Assembly: GCA_002722695.1 (NCBI GenBank)
Contig: PBMS01000046.1
Coordinates: 1-63,118, forward strand
Direction: 5' to 3'
From: Methanobacteriota archaeon
GTDB lineage: Archaea > Thermoplasmatota > Poseidoniia > Poseidoniales > Poseidoniaceae
Length of the DNA stretch: 63,118 nucleotides
The position numbers and the translations under genes are program-made. Positions 43,501 to 51,300 of this stretch are shown one piece after another; within the stretch, counting starts at the first letter, position 1, and each line of letters begins with the position of its first letter. The notes under the pieces were generated by a model. It was given only the letters and a program-made list of their open reading frames with translations. It was not told where the DNA came from and did not search any database.

Positions 43501-44927
43501 TATCGGATGGGTGCGTGGTTGAAACTCGCACCATCACCATCAACAACGACAACATTCCACCCAATCTCCAACTGTCGTGGATCGGTGCTGAGGACCAGTC
43601 GAGCGGTGGCATCGACGGCGGCACCTTGCGTGCTTCCGACGACACCAAGATCATGGGCGTTGCTCGAGACATCGGTGGATTTGTCACACGTGTGGAAATT
43701 GAAATCACCGATTTGGCCAACGGCTTGGTGCTGAACAACGGACCCCTACCGGTCACCAATTTTGCCGTTGACGGTTCTTGGGTGGCAACTTGGGACACGT
43801 CCAAACTCGTTCACGACAGCGTCTACGCCGTGACGGTACGAGCTTACGACGGCGACGACTACTCCGATGATGTTGTTTGGCGGATGACCGTCAACAACCC
43901 GTTGGATGCTGAAAACATCGATCCGGTGTTCAACGAAACAAACTGGGTCTCAACTTGGACCATCTTCTGCGATCAAAATTCGAACTCCTTCGACAAGTGC
44001 GGTGGCGGTGTTTCTTTTGACCTCGCTGAATTCTTCGAGGACCCCGACGGCACAGGAGAAGCTGGAAACGACCTCGAGTTCTACGTCTTTGACGACGAAG
44101 CGACCATTGAAGACGACTTCTACGACGATTTCATCACCATCACGTCCATGGGTGTGTTGACCTACGACCCGATGACCTACATGGCTCAAACAACCACCAA
44201 CATTCCGGACTGGTCGCTGAATTCCGTTATGGTCTATGCGCAAGACGACCAGGAATCCAAGGCTTTCTCGCTGAAGATGAATTTCCTTGTGGTCGCTGTT
44301 TCCTTCACGGTTGAACGAGTGGACTCGGGTGACATCACCGTCAACGACCCCGCCGAATTCCGAGGAAACGGCCTGCCCGGCAGCACCGTCATCGCTCGAT
44401 TTGCCGATGGAAACGCCAGGTTGAACTCGACACGGGTGCTTTCCGACGGCTCATGGAACATGGAACTGACGGCCGGTCAACTCAGTGGCATTGAGGGTTC
44501 ATCTGAGGTCATCTTTGAGATGGACGGTCAAATTTTCAAGTTCGCTGGTCAAACCGAAAACGCCGAGTTCTCGGTCATGGTTTCCAGCGGCAACGACGGT
44601 GGTTCCGGATTGCTGTTCATCGGTCTCATTGTGGTCGCAGTGTTGGCTCTTCTGGGCGTTGGCGCTTACTTCTTTATCGAGTTTGAAGAACTGCCTGACG
44701 AGGATGAGCTGACAGGAGACGATACGCCGGAGGAGGTTGACCCCTACGCTTGGGCCAAGAACAAGCAAACGCCCGAAATTCCCCAACAGCAGGCCCAACC
44801 AGAAGCCGCATCAGCTCCTGCACAAGCGGCAGCTCCCGCTGCCAGTCAACACCCAGGTTGGCTCTGGGATCAGGCCTCGAACCAGTGGGTGCCCGACCCC
44901 GACTACCAACAGCCACCACAGCAGTGA
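40530..44927 (+). CDS. giant surface protein: signal peptide + parallel beta-helix (PbH1/NosD-like) repeats + Ig-like modules + TM + acidic/PQ-rich cytoplasmic tail
   Basis: Signal peptide MSQKNRLKSVSLVMLYMTSLMLAMVAVPSATA. Beta-helix repeats include NSYIDMDNLDIKDNAYGILMKSS, NNDITTAEGAGITAYDGAKVYAEGNTISG and NNVIMNNTG. A Cys/Asp motif CADGIDNDGDTYIDGDDSDC lies at 42671-42731. The TM helix is LLFIGLIVVAVLALLGVGAYFFI (about 44608-44680). Confidence 0.85.
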   Translation: MSQKNRLKSVSLVMLYMTSLMLAMVAVPSATAVNETTQGIVSGTETWSGTMNLQGDVEVAEGAKLIVNAGTTVNIPAGNFIDVRGAICIGDAACGASAGSSSAKARFIWSTPTDDTKTGRCLDTQSNVLNNPDAACGSGMIIRDTIDQSITSINFAHFENAYGFPIYVASLQSVQYGALVFDGSTTTANGLSFTSINTSNVLAVDYAAPLLTDSTFELGVDGQGYDAAAVRAYDAGAGILSTFELKNSDFTGNDADCGQQGGGRAVIYIENSYIDMDNLDIKDNAYGILMKSSSGTLTNSQINVKCNAVDTNSLKKTGNIEHTLEVNNNDITTAEGAGITAYDGAKVYAEGNTISGASDGSGVGIRGSEVELHRNTIGPIGGWNGLWIYGTSDVIAENNTIQETGKEPVLIGEYHYQDQGWQVPAPSAARLYLANNVIMNNTGTCNSQMYGGDFPCPAVHVFRSSATILDNDISGNNGDIIRAKGSLINVQRNTADSQGGFAGNVSAHDTNYGDKYGSIAYFSGNTWTGVSQVYNVTESRVTVQSEQIPSPGNGELYPVSISWLGAECPFVQNECLQLPGTVALPPAEMPLALELVENATVFSFADLQNFDSSMIHVQNQNTAWGSQVREGELVRYQVKAKNSNVEGATVIIKDSTGLPLYELTTDAFGFTQQVSLPSDFLLDRNWNHVVGDKNAAIPGTNDGTGQPVVVDEDSCADGIDNDGDTYIDGDDSDCINGRERPFYSVEAFKFGSGRDDFSYVLTGPIDDIINLENLRPSVSVNEPDGYSYATTVRITGQAWDGAKWPYANDNTAQQAQFGIVKRVEIQPPGSTDWFYASDASGAGGEITMETHPFKNWVYEWDGAAHPEGEGDITFRIRSYDGLDYSPVEVRQYKLNLVAPTLLVDVPTQGSVHNNGKVLFQGTASDPYQGTYGSDVKQIWFNIVGPGTTQSFFQQGSTSWSYEWNVVDLPTGEYTVSVWAADSDFCIGEATVSDGCVVETRTITINNDNIPPNLQLSWIGAEDQSSGGIDGGTLRASDDTKIMGVARDIGGFVTRVEIEITDLANGLVLNNGPLPVTNFAVDGSWVATWDTSKLVHDSVYAVTVRAYDGDDYSDDVVWRMTVNNPLDAENIDPVFNETNWVSTWTIFCDQNSNSFDKCGGGVSFDLAEFFEDPDGTGEAGNDLEFYVFDDEATIEDDFYDDFITITSMGVLTYDPMTYMAQTTTNIPDWSLNSVMVYAQDDQESKAFSLKMNFLVVAVSFTVERVDSGDITVNDPAEFRGNGLPGSTVIARFADGNARLNSTRVLSDGSWNMELTAGQLSGIEGSSEVIFEMDGQIFKFAGQTENAEFSVMVSSGNDGGSGLLFIGLIVVAVLALLGVGAYFFIEFEELPDEDELTGDDTPEEVDPYAWAKNKQTPEIPQQQAQPEAASAPAQAAAPAASQHPGWLWDQASNQWVPDPDYQQPPQQ

Positions 44928-44936
44928 TGGTTCGTT

Positions 44937-44943
44937 GAGGTGG
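44937..44943 (+). promoter_or_regulatory. Shine-Dalgarno GAGGTGG for the STAND regulator
   Basis: It lies 5 nt upstream of the ATG at 44949 and only 10 nt after the stop of the preceding giant gene, which implies co-transcription. Confidence 0.55.
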
Positions 44944-44948
44944 ACTGC

Positions 44949-47474
44949 ATGGCCGTTCAGGCGAAACCCGGTGTTCAGGAGCGTATTCTGCTCCACTTGT
45001 TGGACTATTCCGACTTCAAAGACAGCATCGAGGTGCCCTTTGCCCTGTCCCAGATGGGCATCGCAAACGCCGTGGCCATCGCTCGTTCCAACGTACCTCG
45101 GGCCATTGCGGGATTGAAAGATCAAGGCATTTTGGTCGAGCGGCAAGCCCACGTGAAGGGTGTTTCGAGGAAGCGGAAAGCCTACTTTTTGACCGACAGC
45201 GGGGTATCGCTGGCTGGCGAGACCTGGGAGCGACTCTCTGAGTTCCCTGTTCGATGCATCTTGGACGACCAACCTGCGATCTCCACCACCCTTGGCGGCG
45301 CCAAATCCGTGCTGCCCTTTGAGATGCGTCCTGTTGATGTCATCCGCTACATCGACGAACACAACTGTTTGGACGTACGGAATCTCTCCGCTGATTTGGT
45401 TGAACGAGACTTGTCAAAGCACGTTGAGAAGCAACTGGTAACGGCTCTTGCCGATCTTCCTCGATTGCGTCATTTTTACGGTCGTGCCACCGAACTGGAC
45501 AACATGGTGAATTTGTTGGAGGCTCGCGCAACCACGCTTCTTGTTCCCGGCATTGCGGGTATCGGAAAAACCACGGTCGCTTCGAAGCTGATCGAGCGGT
45601 TCATGCACCGTCGAAATCTCCTGTACCACCGATGCCAAGATTGGGAAGGTTCTCGCTCCTTTTTTGAGTCGGTGGCCGATTGGCTTTCGAGCATGGGCAA
45701 CTCTGATTTTTCGACTTACCTCGCCGCAACACCCGTGCCTCAACCTGCGGACGCTGCAGGGTTGCTGGTGGAAGCTCTCGAAGGAACGCCCGCTCTTTTG
45801 GTCATTGACGACTTTCACAAAGTCTCGGACACGGTGCTGCACCAAACGTTCCAGGCCATGTCACTTGCCCTTTTGGGAAGCGAGGAGAAAATCGGTTTGG
45901 TGATCTTCTCTCGCTCGTTCAAACCCGTGGTCCCCACCAAAGACGCCGAAGGGAGGATTGCGAGCCTCGTTCTCCCTCTCGACGGTCTGGACCCTGAATC
46001 TGGGCGCAAACTTCTGACGAGTTTTGATTCACTTGAAGACGAGCAATGGCTTCACATCCACGGCTTGTCCCGAGGCCACCCGCTGGTACTGGAACTCATC
46101 AATCGAGGCGCTTCGGCCGGGGCCTTCCACGAAACGCTTGAGAATTACGTGACGGTTGAAATCTTTTCAAAACTCAGCGCAGAGCAAAAGCGCGTCCTGT
46201 CCGCACTGTCCATTTTCCGTGAACCCGTTGCCCTTGAAGCGCTGGCCCAGCAAGGACTCAACACCGACGAACTCGATGGACTTGTGGAATCGGGTCTTGC
46301 TCGACAAGCGGATTCCGAAACGTACGATGTTCACGACTTGATTCGAGAATTTCTTCTCAGGAGTCTGTCGAGTGCACTGCGAGAAGAGTTCCACGCCAAG
46401 TGCGTGGATTGGTATCGAAAACAAACCGCGTCCCAAGACGTGGTCATCGAGCTCATTTACCACACCATCAAATCAGGAAAATACGAAGATGCATCGGCGC
46501 TGGTGGTCAAGGAAGGACGCCAACTGGTGTCGCAGGGCCACATGGAGTTGCTCGGTCTGATTGAGCAAATTCAAACCGGTGAGTTGAACGCCGGGGTGGT
46601 CGTCCGTCTCGCTCAACTGCAAGGCGACATGCTTGCTCTTCTGGGTCGACTCGACGAAGCCGAGACGGTGCTGAGCAACAGTCATGATCGAGCCAAGACA
46701 TCCACCGATGAATTGGTCCAAGCTGAAATTCTTTCATCCATGGCTGACGTCAGCCGAAAGCAAGGCAACAGCGACCTCTCCCTTAGCCGACACAAAATGG
46801 CTCTTCAGCATTACATCTCACTCGGTGATGCTCGTTGGGCGGCCCGAACTTACAACAACATTGGGTACCTTTTACGCCGGAAGAACGAGCGAACCAAGGC
46901 TCTGGAAGCCTACGGCGAGGTTGAGGCGATTTTGGAAAGTTCCGATGATGTGGACCTCATCAACAGCCAGATTACGCTGGCCAGGTCCCTGATCGATCTG
47001 GGTGAAGTTGATCGCGCTCGTGAACACGCCATGGCATCGCACGAACGAACCTCCGCCCTCGGCGATTCAATTCTTCACGCTCGAGCCCAAGCCGTTTTGG
47101 GTCGATATTATTCAAAAGTGGAGCAATCTGAACTCGCTTTGTTCCACTACACGGAAGCCCTTGAGGCAATGACCGAGGCCGGCGACGTTCAGGCCTTGGT
47201 TGAAATCACCATGCTGCTTGGCGAGGTGCTTCACGATGCTGGCCGCACCGATGAGGCTGTGGAACACTACGGTCAAGCGCTCGTTTTGGCCGAGGCCAAC
47301 GACCTGCGGATGCAAATCGGTGAACTCCTGACTCGTTTGGGCGGTGTAGCACCGGACCGCCAAGGCCGAATGGAGTATCTCCAGCGGGCTCTGACGGTGT
47401 TCAGAGAGTTGGGTGCCAAGAATCGCATGCGTGAAGTGCAGGTGCTGGTCCACAGGGCCGTCATGAGCCGATGA
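44949..47474 (+). CDS. wHTH - STAND/Arch_ATPase-type NTPase - TPR signal-transduction regulator
   Basis: The N-terminal winged-helix pattern is ERILLHLLDY...LSQMGIANAVAIARSNVPRAIAGLKDQGILVER. The F.GR..EL lead-in is HFYGRATELDNMVNLL. Walker A is PGIAGIGKTT (45549-45575) and Walker B is ALLVIDDFH. The C-terminal 350 aa or so carries TPR-like repeats (ARTYNNIGYLLRRKNERTKALEAY..., ALFHYTEALEAM...). Confidence 0.82.
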   Translation: MAVQAKPGVQERILLHLLDYSDFKDSIEVPFALSQMGIANAVAIARSNVPRAIAGLKDQGILVERQAHVKGVSRKRKAYFLTDSGVSLAGETWERLSEFPVRCILDDQPAISTTLGGAKSVLPFEMRPVDVIRYIDEHNCLDVRNLSADLVERDLSKHVEKQLVTALADLPRLRHFYGRATELDNMVNLLEARATTLLVPGIAGIGKTTVASKLIERFMHRRNLLYHRCQDWEGSRSFFESVADWLSSMGNSDFSTYLAATPVPQPADAAGLLVEALEGTPALLVIDDFHKVSDTVLHQTFQAMSLALLGSEEKIGLVIFSRSFKPVVPTKDAEGRIASLVLPLDGLDPESGRKLLTSFDSLEDEQWLHIHGLSRGHPLVLELINRGASAGAFHETLENYVTVEIFSKLSAEQKRVLSALSIFREPVALEALAQQGLNTDELDGLVESGLARQADSETYDVHDLIREFLLRSLSSALREEFHAKCVDWYRKQTASQDVVIELIYHTIKSGKYEDASALVVKEGRQLVSQGHMELLGLIEQIQTGELNAGVVVRLAQLQGDMLALLGRLDEAETVLSNSHDRAKTSTDELVQAEILSSMADVSRKQGNSDLSLSRHKMALQHYISLGDARWAARTYNNIGYLLRRKNERTKALEAYGEVEAILESSDDVDLINSQITLARSLIDLGEVDRAREHAMASHERTSALGDSILHARAQAVLGRYYSKVEQSELALFHYTEALEAMTEAGDVQALVEITMLLGEVLHDAGRTDEAVEHYGQALVLAEANDLRMQIGELLTRLGGVAPDRQGRMEYLQRALTVFRELGAKNRMREVQVLVHRAVMSR

Positions 47475-47475
47475 G

Positions 47476-47955
47476 TCATTGCACGGCTTGTGGCCTGTCA
47501 AGGGATAAGAACGTCAATCCGTTGTCGTGAACCACCCAAATCCGGTCAACGCCTGCGAGGGGCACACGCCCTTCGTGGCTGGATGAGCCCGTCCCGCTCA
47601 GTGAGATTTCGGTGTCGAGTGGACCTCCCTCGTCGATGAGAATCAGGGCTGTATCGTGCAGTTCAAGCCAAAACAGAGACTCATCGGCTTCGGATGGCCG
47701 CCAAGCAATTTCCTCAGCATACGACACGTTTCCACCCAGTCGGCTTGCTTCATCCGCCCGCTCAACCGCCGCCGCAATGTCGTCCATGTTGGCTTGAATG
47801 GCTTCCTCGTTCCATCGCAGGCGTGTGTTGGTCTCGATGTCCCAAGCCCAGATGCTGAACATGCTCATCAAAAGGACGCCGAGTAAGAACGTGAAGATGT
47901 AACCGAGTTCGGTCGCTGCGGCACCGACGTCGCGGTTCAACCTTGTTCGCTTCAT
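47476..47955 (-). CDS. class III signal-peptide protein, TadE/Flp-like pseudopilin N-terminus
   Basis: MKRTRLNRDVG|AAATELGYIFTFLLGVLLMSMF has a basic leader, a Gly, then a hydrophobic helix with Glu at +5 and Tyr at +8. Its ATG overlaps the upstream stop (ATGA at 47952-47955). Confidence 0.65.
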   Translation of the reverse strand: MKRTRLNRDVGAAATELGYIFTFLLGVLLMSMFSIWAWDIETNTRLRWNEEAIQANMDDIAAAVERADEASRLGGNVSYAEEIAWRPSEADESLFWLELHDTALILIDEGGPLDTEISLSGTGSSSHEGRVPLAGVDRIWVVHDNGLTFLSLDRPQAVQ

Positions 47956-50186
47956 GCCAACACCTCTCGTGTCGTGACGTCCAAGGACGCCAGTTGAAGC
48001 GTGAATTCAATGACCTCACCGTTGGTGTGCCACACGGCTTCGGCCGTACCGTAGCTTGGATCGGGTACCCATCCAACGTAGTCCGTCAACAAATCAAGGC
48101 GTCCGGGGTAAACGGTCCAGTCTTCACTTGCCTCAAGCCCGACGCCTGCATAGTCTGCGACCGCCGTTCCGTAGGGTTCAGACCAACCGCGTCGCACTTC
48201 ATGGGCGGGGGTTGAAGCCAGTGAGGTGCGGTGCACCATCTCAATGTCCAATTCCAATTCACCCGCCCCGCTTTCACTGGATGCGGTTGGGTGGAGTGAA
48301 GGTATGGTCGCCGCAAATCGTGGACCAGGTCCACCTCGGTCGGAAGGAGGGACCACAACGTAGGGCACGAACTCGGGGTGATTGGTGACCACTGCACCTC
48401 CCGTGAACGCCACCTCCATGCCGTCAACGGACGATGAGAACTGGTACGATAGCCTGGAGAGGTGGAAGGCCCAAACCGTTCCGATGGAGCGGTGGGTGCT
48501 GACACCGTCGCTTCCCAGCACGTCGATGCTAACGCTTGCTGGGTGCCGTCCTTCCGTCCACGCGTTTCGAGTGTCAATTTCACCTCGGCCGCCCATCACC
48601 TCCCACGGTAGGTCGGTGGTGATCCATCCGCTGGCTTGGGTGCCCACGCTCGTGCAACGTTCTGCCCCATCGTGAGGAAGGTGGAGCAAACCGACGTCTC
48701 CTCCGAGCCGAAGGGCTCGCAACGGATGTCCTGAATCCACGCTGAGGGTGTTGTTGCCTTCTGCGAGAACGAGGCGCTCGTGGTCGTCGTTCTCCAGAAA
48801 AACACCGCTTTCTTGGTAGCCACCGGTGAGGTTCCATGCAGACGTGTAGCCAGCGAGTCGTGCAATCAAGCTCTCTTCAGTGGTGTTGTCAAGATTGGCG
48901 TAGGTGAAGCCTCCACCGGACAGCGCGCCGGTGTCGTCGGCCGGCAGGAACGTCATGCCTGCAACTGCGTCGGTGGTCGCGGCGCTTGTCGTGGCGGCCC
49001 ACGTCACGAAGACGTCCCCGTCTGCATCCAGCGCCAAGGCTCCTTCGTCATGGACAGGCGGCCAGTTGAGATGCTCAACACCGCCTGCAGCGACGGAGAT
49101 GCCACCACCTCTCCACGTCAACGTCACAACCTCGTCGCCGGGGTTCGTCATTCGCAGGGTGCCGTTCAGGTTGGGTGGCACGAACTCATGACCCAAATAC
49201 GCCCCGTTGGTCGACGGCCAAGCCGTCAGTCCGAAGTCGTGGCTGAGGTTGGTTTTGAGCAGGAGCCTGGACGGTGAACTTGTGGTGATGTGGGCTACGG
49301 TCTCTTCAACGACCGAGACCTGATGCGAGAACGAGACTGCGGTTCGAGCCAAGCCGCTGGGTGTTGCGTAGTGGATTCCAGTTTGGTCGTTGACGGTGAT
49401 GTGAATTTGATTGGCTGCGCTGCTGAGAAGGTGGAGCGTGGACTGGCCGGCTGGAAGTGGTACCGACCACGCATGACCCCGCTTGTCCGAGGGTTCGGGT
49501 GAGTTGGGCAGGACGTACGTGGCGCCGCCCTGTCCCACCAGAGCAAACACGTTGAGCTCGTGGGATGAGGAGAGCGTTGCTTCCCCGATGGCTGTGAGGT
49601 CGATGCTGGTGGTCTCGTCGACCCTGAGCGAGGTGGAGAGACGCTCCTCTCCGTCCTCGCTCAAAATCACATCAATGGGTCCCAGCGGCATGGCCAAGCC
49701 GGGCGTTACGGTGATGCTGACTCGGTCGATGACGCCCTCAAGTGTGTAGTGGTAGGGTCGGTCGGGACCCAAGCGCAAGTCGCTCAAGCAGACCGCTTCG
49801 ATGAAACTCTCGGGATGGCGAATTTCCACTTGGTCGTCGAAATCAAGAGCACCTCGCGCTCGAAGCGTCATGTCTTCCACCCAGGTCGCTGAGTACCACA
49901 TGCCACCACGCAAACTGTCCCACACCAATTCGCCGTCCACGGGTATGAGGGTGGCCTGCGCTGAATCACCGGGCATGCCACGCTCGCTTAACGCAGCGGT
50001 CTCGTGGGCGAGGAGTTTCATTTGAGACGACATATCGTGGCGCTCAACCGACCCTTCCATCTCCTCGATGACGGGCATCATCGACACCATCATGAGTCCG
50101 ATGATGGAGAGAACACCTCCGAACAACAACACGGTGGCGACGGCGGCTGAAACGCCGTCCTCGTCTCGGCGAAGCGCCCCCCTCAT
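47952..50186 (-). CDS. large (744 aa) class III signal-peptide (type IV pilin-like) protein
   Basis: MRGALRRDEDG|VSAAVATVLLFGGVLSIIGLMMV N-terminus followed by about 700 aa of beta-rich sequence with no other TM. It shares ATGA overlaps with both neighbours. Confidence 0.72.
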   Translation of the reverse strand: MRGALRRDEDGVSAAVATVLLFGGVLSIIGLMMVSMMPVIEEMEGSVERHDMSSQMKLLAHETAALSERGMPGDSAQATLIPVDGELVWDSLRGGMWYSATWVEDMTLRARGALDFDDQVEIRHPESFIEAVCLSDLRLGPDRPYHYTLEGVIDRVSITVTPGLAMPLGPIDVILSEDGEERLSTSLRVDETTSIDLTAIGEATLSSSHELNVFALVGQGGATYVLPNSPEPSDKRGHAWSVPLPAGQSTLHLLSSAANQIHITVNDQTGIHYATPSGLARTAVSFSHQVSVVEETVAHITTSSPSRLLLKTNLSHDFGLTAWPSTNGAYLGHEFVPPNLNGTLRMTNPGDEVVTLTWRGGGISVAAGGVEHLNWPPVHDEGALALDADGDVFVTWAATTSAATTDAVAGMTFLPADDTGALSGGGFTYANLDNTTEESLIARLAGYTSAWNLTGGYQESGVFLENDDHERLVLAEGNNTLSVDSGHPLRALRLGGDVGLLHLPHDGAERCTSVGTQASGWITTDLPWEVMGGRGEIDTRNAWTEGRHPASVSIDVLGSDGVSTHRSIGTVWAFHLSRLSYQFSSSVDGMEVAFTGGAVVTNHPEFVPYVVVPPSDRGGPGPRFAATIPSLHPTASSESGAGELELDIEMVHRTSLASTPAHEVRRGWSEPYGTAVADYAGVGLEASEDWTVYPGRLDLLTDYVGWVPDPSYGTAEAVWHTNGEVIEFTLQLASLDVTTREVLA

Positions 50187-51268
50187 CGGCTGACCTCCAC
50201 GCGCTGGATGTCGACCTCGAAGTAGAGGGGAAGTTGTTGCGAAGAGACACTGAACCCGTCGGCTCCGCTCGCCCGTTCATAAGGCGCAAAGCCGATGTAC
50301 GTGTCCAACGTTCCGGCGGATCGCTCGATGGTGTAGTCGGCCAGCCAGTTGTTGTGGTACTGAGGTGTGATGACGTCGTGAAGAGCGTTCTGGACGTTGA
50401 AGTTCACGTTGTAGGCTTGCCCAGAAAACAGGGTGAGCGGTCCTTGAGACACAAATTGCATGCCCACGTTGGACCCGGACCCGATGCTTCCGTTCGAGAC
50501 GATGTCCGTGAGCAGCATGGACAGGCGAAGTTCGTCGTTGGCCATCCGGTCAAATTCCACCAGCGGCATGGCACTTACTTCCCAAGCACCGTTGGGGAAG
50601 CGCTCCGCTCGAGCGTTGTTCATCAACACGATTTGGTGTTCACCCTGGCCCAACGACGTGGTGATTTGAAGCCCTGAGAGGGTCCAAGTCACGTGTTGAT
50701 GCAGGGGTTGTCCATCAGCATCGTAAACGGTGACAATCATCCAGTGTGCGGCGCTTGCGTTGTGGGTGATGAACACTTCCAGGTGGCTGGCAGGCACTGT
50801 TTTTTCAACGGTCACCCCGGGTGACTCGACACGTATGCTGCGTGCGGTTTCGTTGGCAGCGAGAACACCAACAACCGTGTCGTTGACGTGGCGTAGGTCA
50901 ATGCTCTCTCGGTCCGTTAGGTCAGCGCTGATGGTCCAGTGTTCAACGTTTTGCACAGAGCGTATGGCGGTGGACTGAATGGCAAGTGTGTTTCGAAAGC
51001 CCGTACCCTCAGGAGCGTTTCCAGCAACCTCAAGCCGATCTTCGATCCGATCGGCCAGGCCGGTGGCGGAGTTCCAGTTGGTGTTGTCTTCAAAATCGGA
51101 AAGATACGGGTTCAGGAACACCCACACGCCGCCCATGATGGTGATGACCATGGCCAAGAGCATGACCACGCCCAACACTTCGCTGACGGCGCGTTCATCG
51201 TCGGGTCGACGAAGGACGGTCTGTCGGACGGTGCGTCGGTTCACAAGGTGAACACAACCCCGTATCAT
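50183..51268 (-). CDS. archaeal type IV pilin-like protein (class III signal peptide)
   Basis: RRPDDERA|VSEVLGVVMLLAMVITIMGGV closely matches the archaeal pilin N-terminal domain pattern (D.RAVS.V[IL]GV.LM.A[IM]). An AGGTGA SD lies 8 nt upstream. Confidence 0.8.
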   Translation of the reverse strand: MIRGCVHLVNRRTVRQTVLRRPDDERAVSEVLGVVMLLAMVITIMGGVWVFLNPYLSDFEDNTNWNSATGLADRIEDRLEVAGNAPEGTGFRNTLAIQSTAIRSVQNVEHWTISADLTDRESIDLRHVNDTVVGVLAANETARSIRVESPGVTVEKTVPASHLEVFITHNASAAHWMIVTVYDADGQPLHQHVTWTLSGLQITTSLGQGEHQIVLMNNARAERFPNGAWEVSAMPLVEFDRMANDELRLSMLLTDIVSNGSIGSGSNVGMQFVSQGPLTLFSGQAYNVNFNVQNALHDVITPQYHNNWLADYTIERSAGTLDTYIGFAPYERASGADGFSVSSQQLPLYFEVDIQRVEVSR

Positions 51269-51276
51269 TTAGGCAT

Positions 51277-51282
51277 TCACCT
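51277..51282 (-). promoter_or_regulatory. Shine-Dalgarno AGGTGA for the first pilin-like gene
   Basis: The plus strand reads TCACCT and the minus strand AGGTGA, 8 nt upstream of the ATG at 51268. It lies within the 32-nt gap after the MBL gene. Confidence 0.5.
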
Positions 51283-51300
51283 TGAACGGTCGGAAACCGC

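Noticed and set aside
44949-47474. Interpreting the STAND-TPR protein as an Avs-type antiviral defence gene
   Set aside because: Avs-like systems carry an N-terminal effector (nuclease, protease, TIR or Sir2). Here the N-terminus is a winged-helix DNA-binding pattern, and the gene appears co-transcribed with an adhesin, so a regulatory role is more parsimonious. It is kept as an alternative in the finding.
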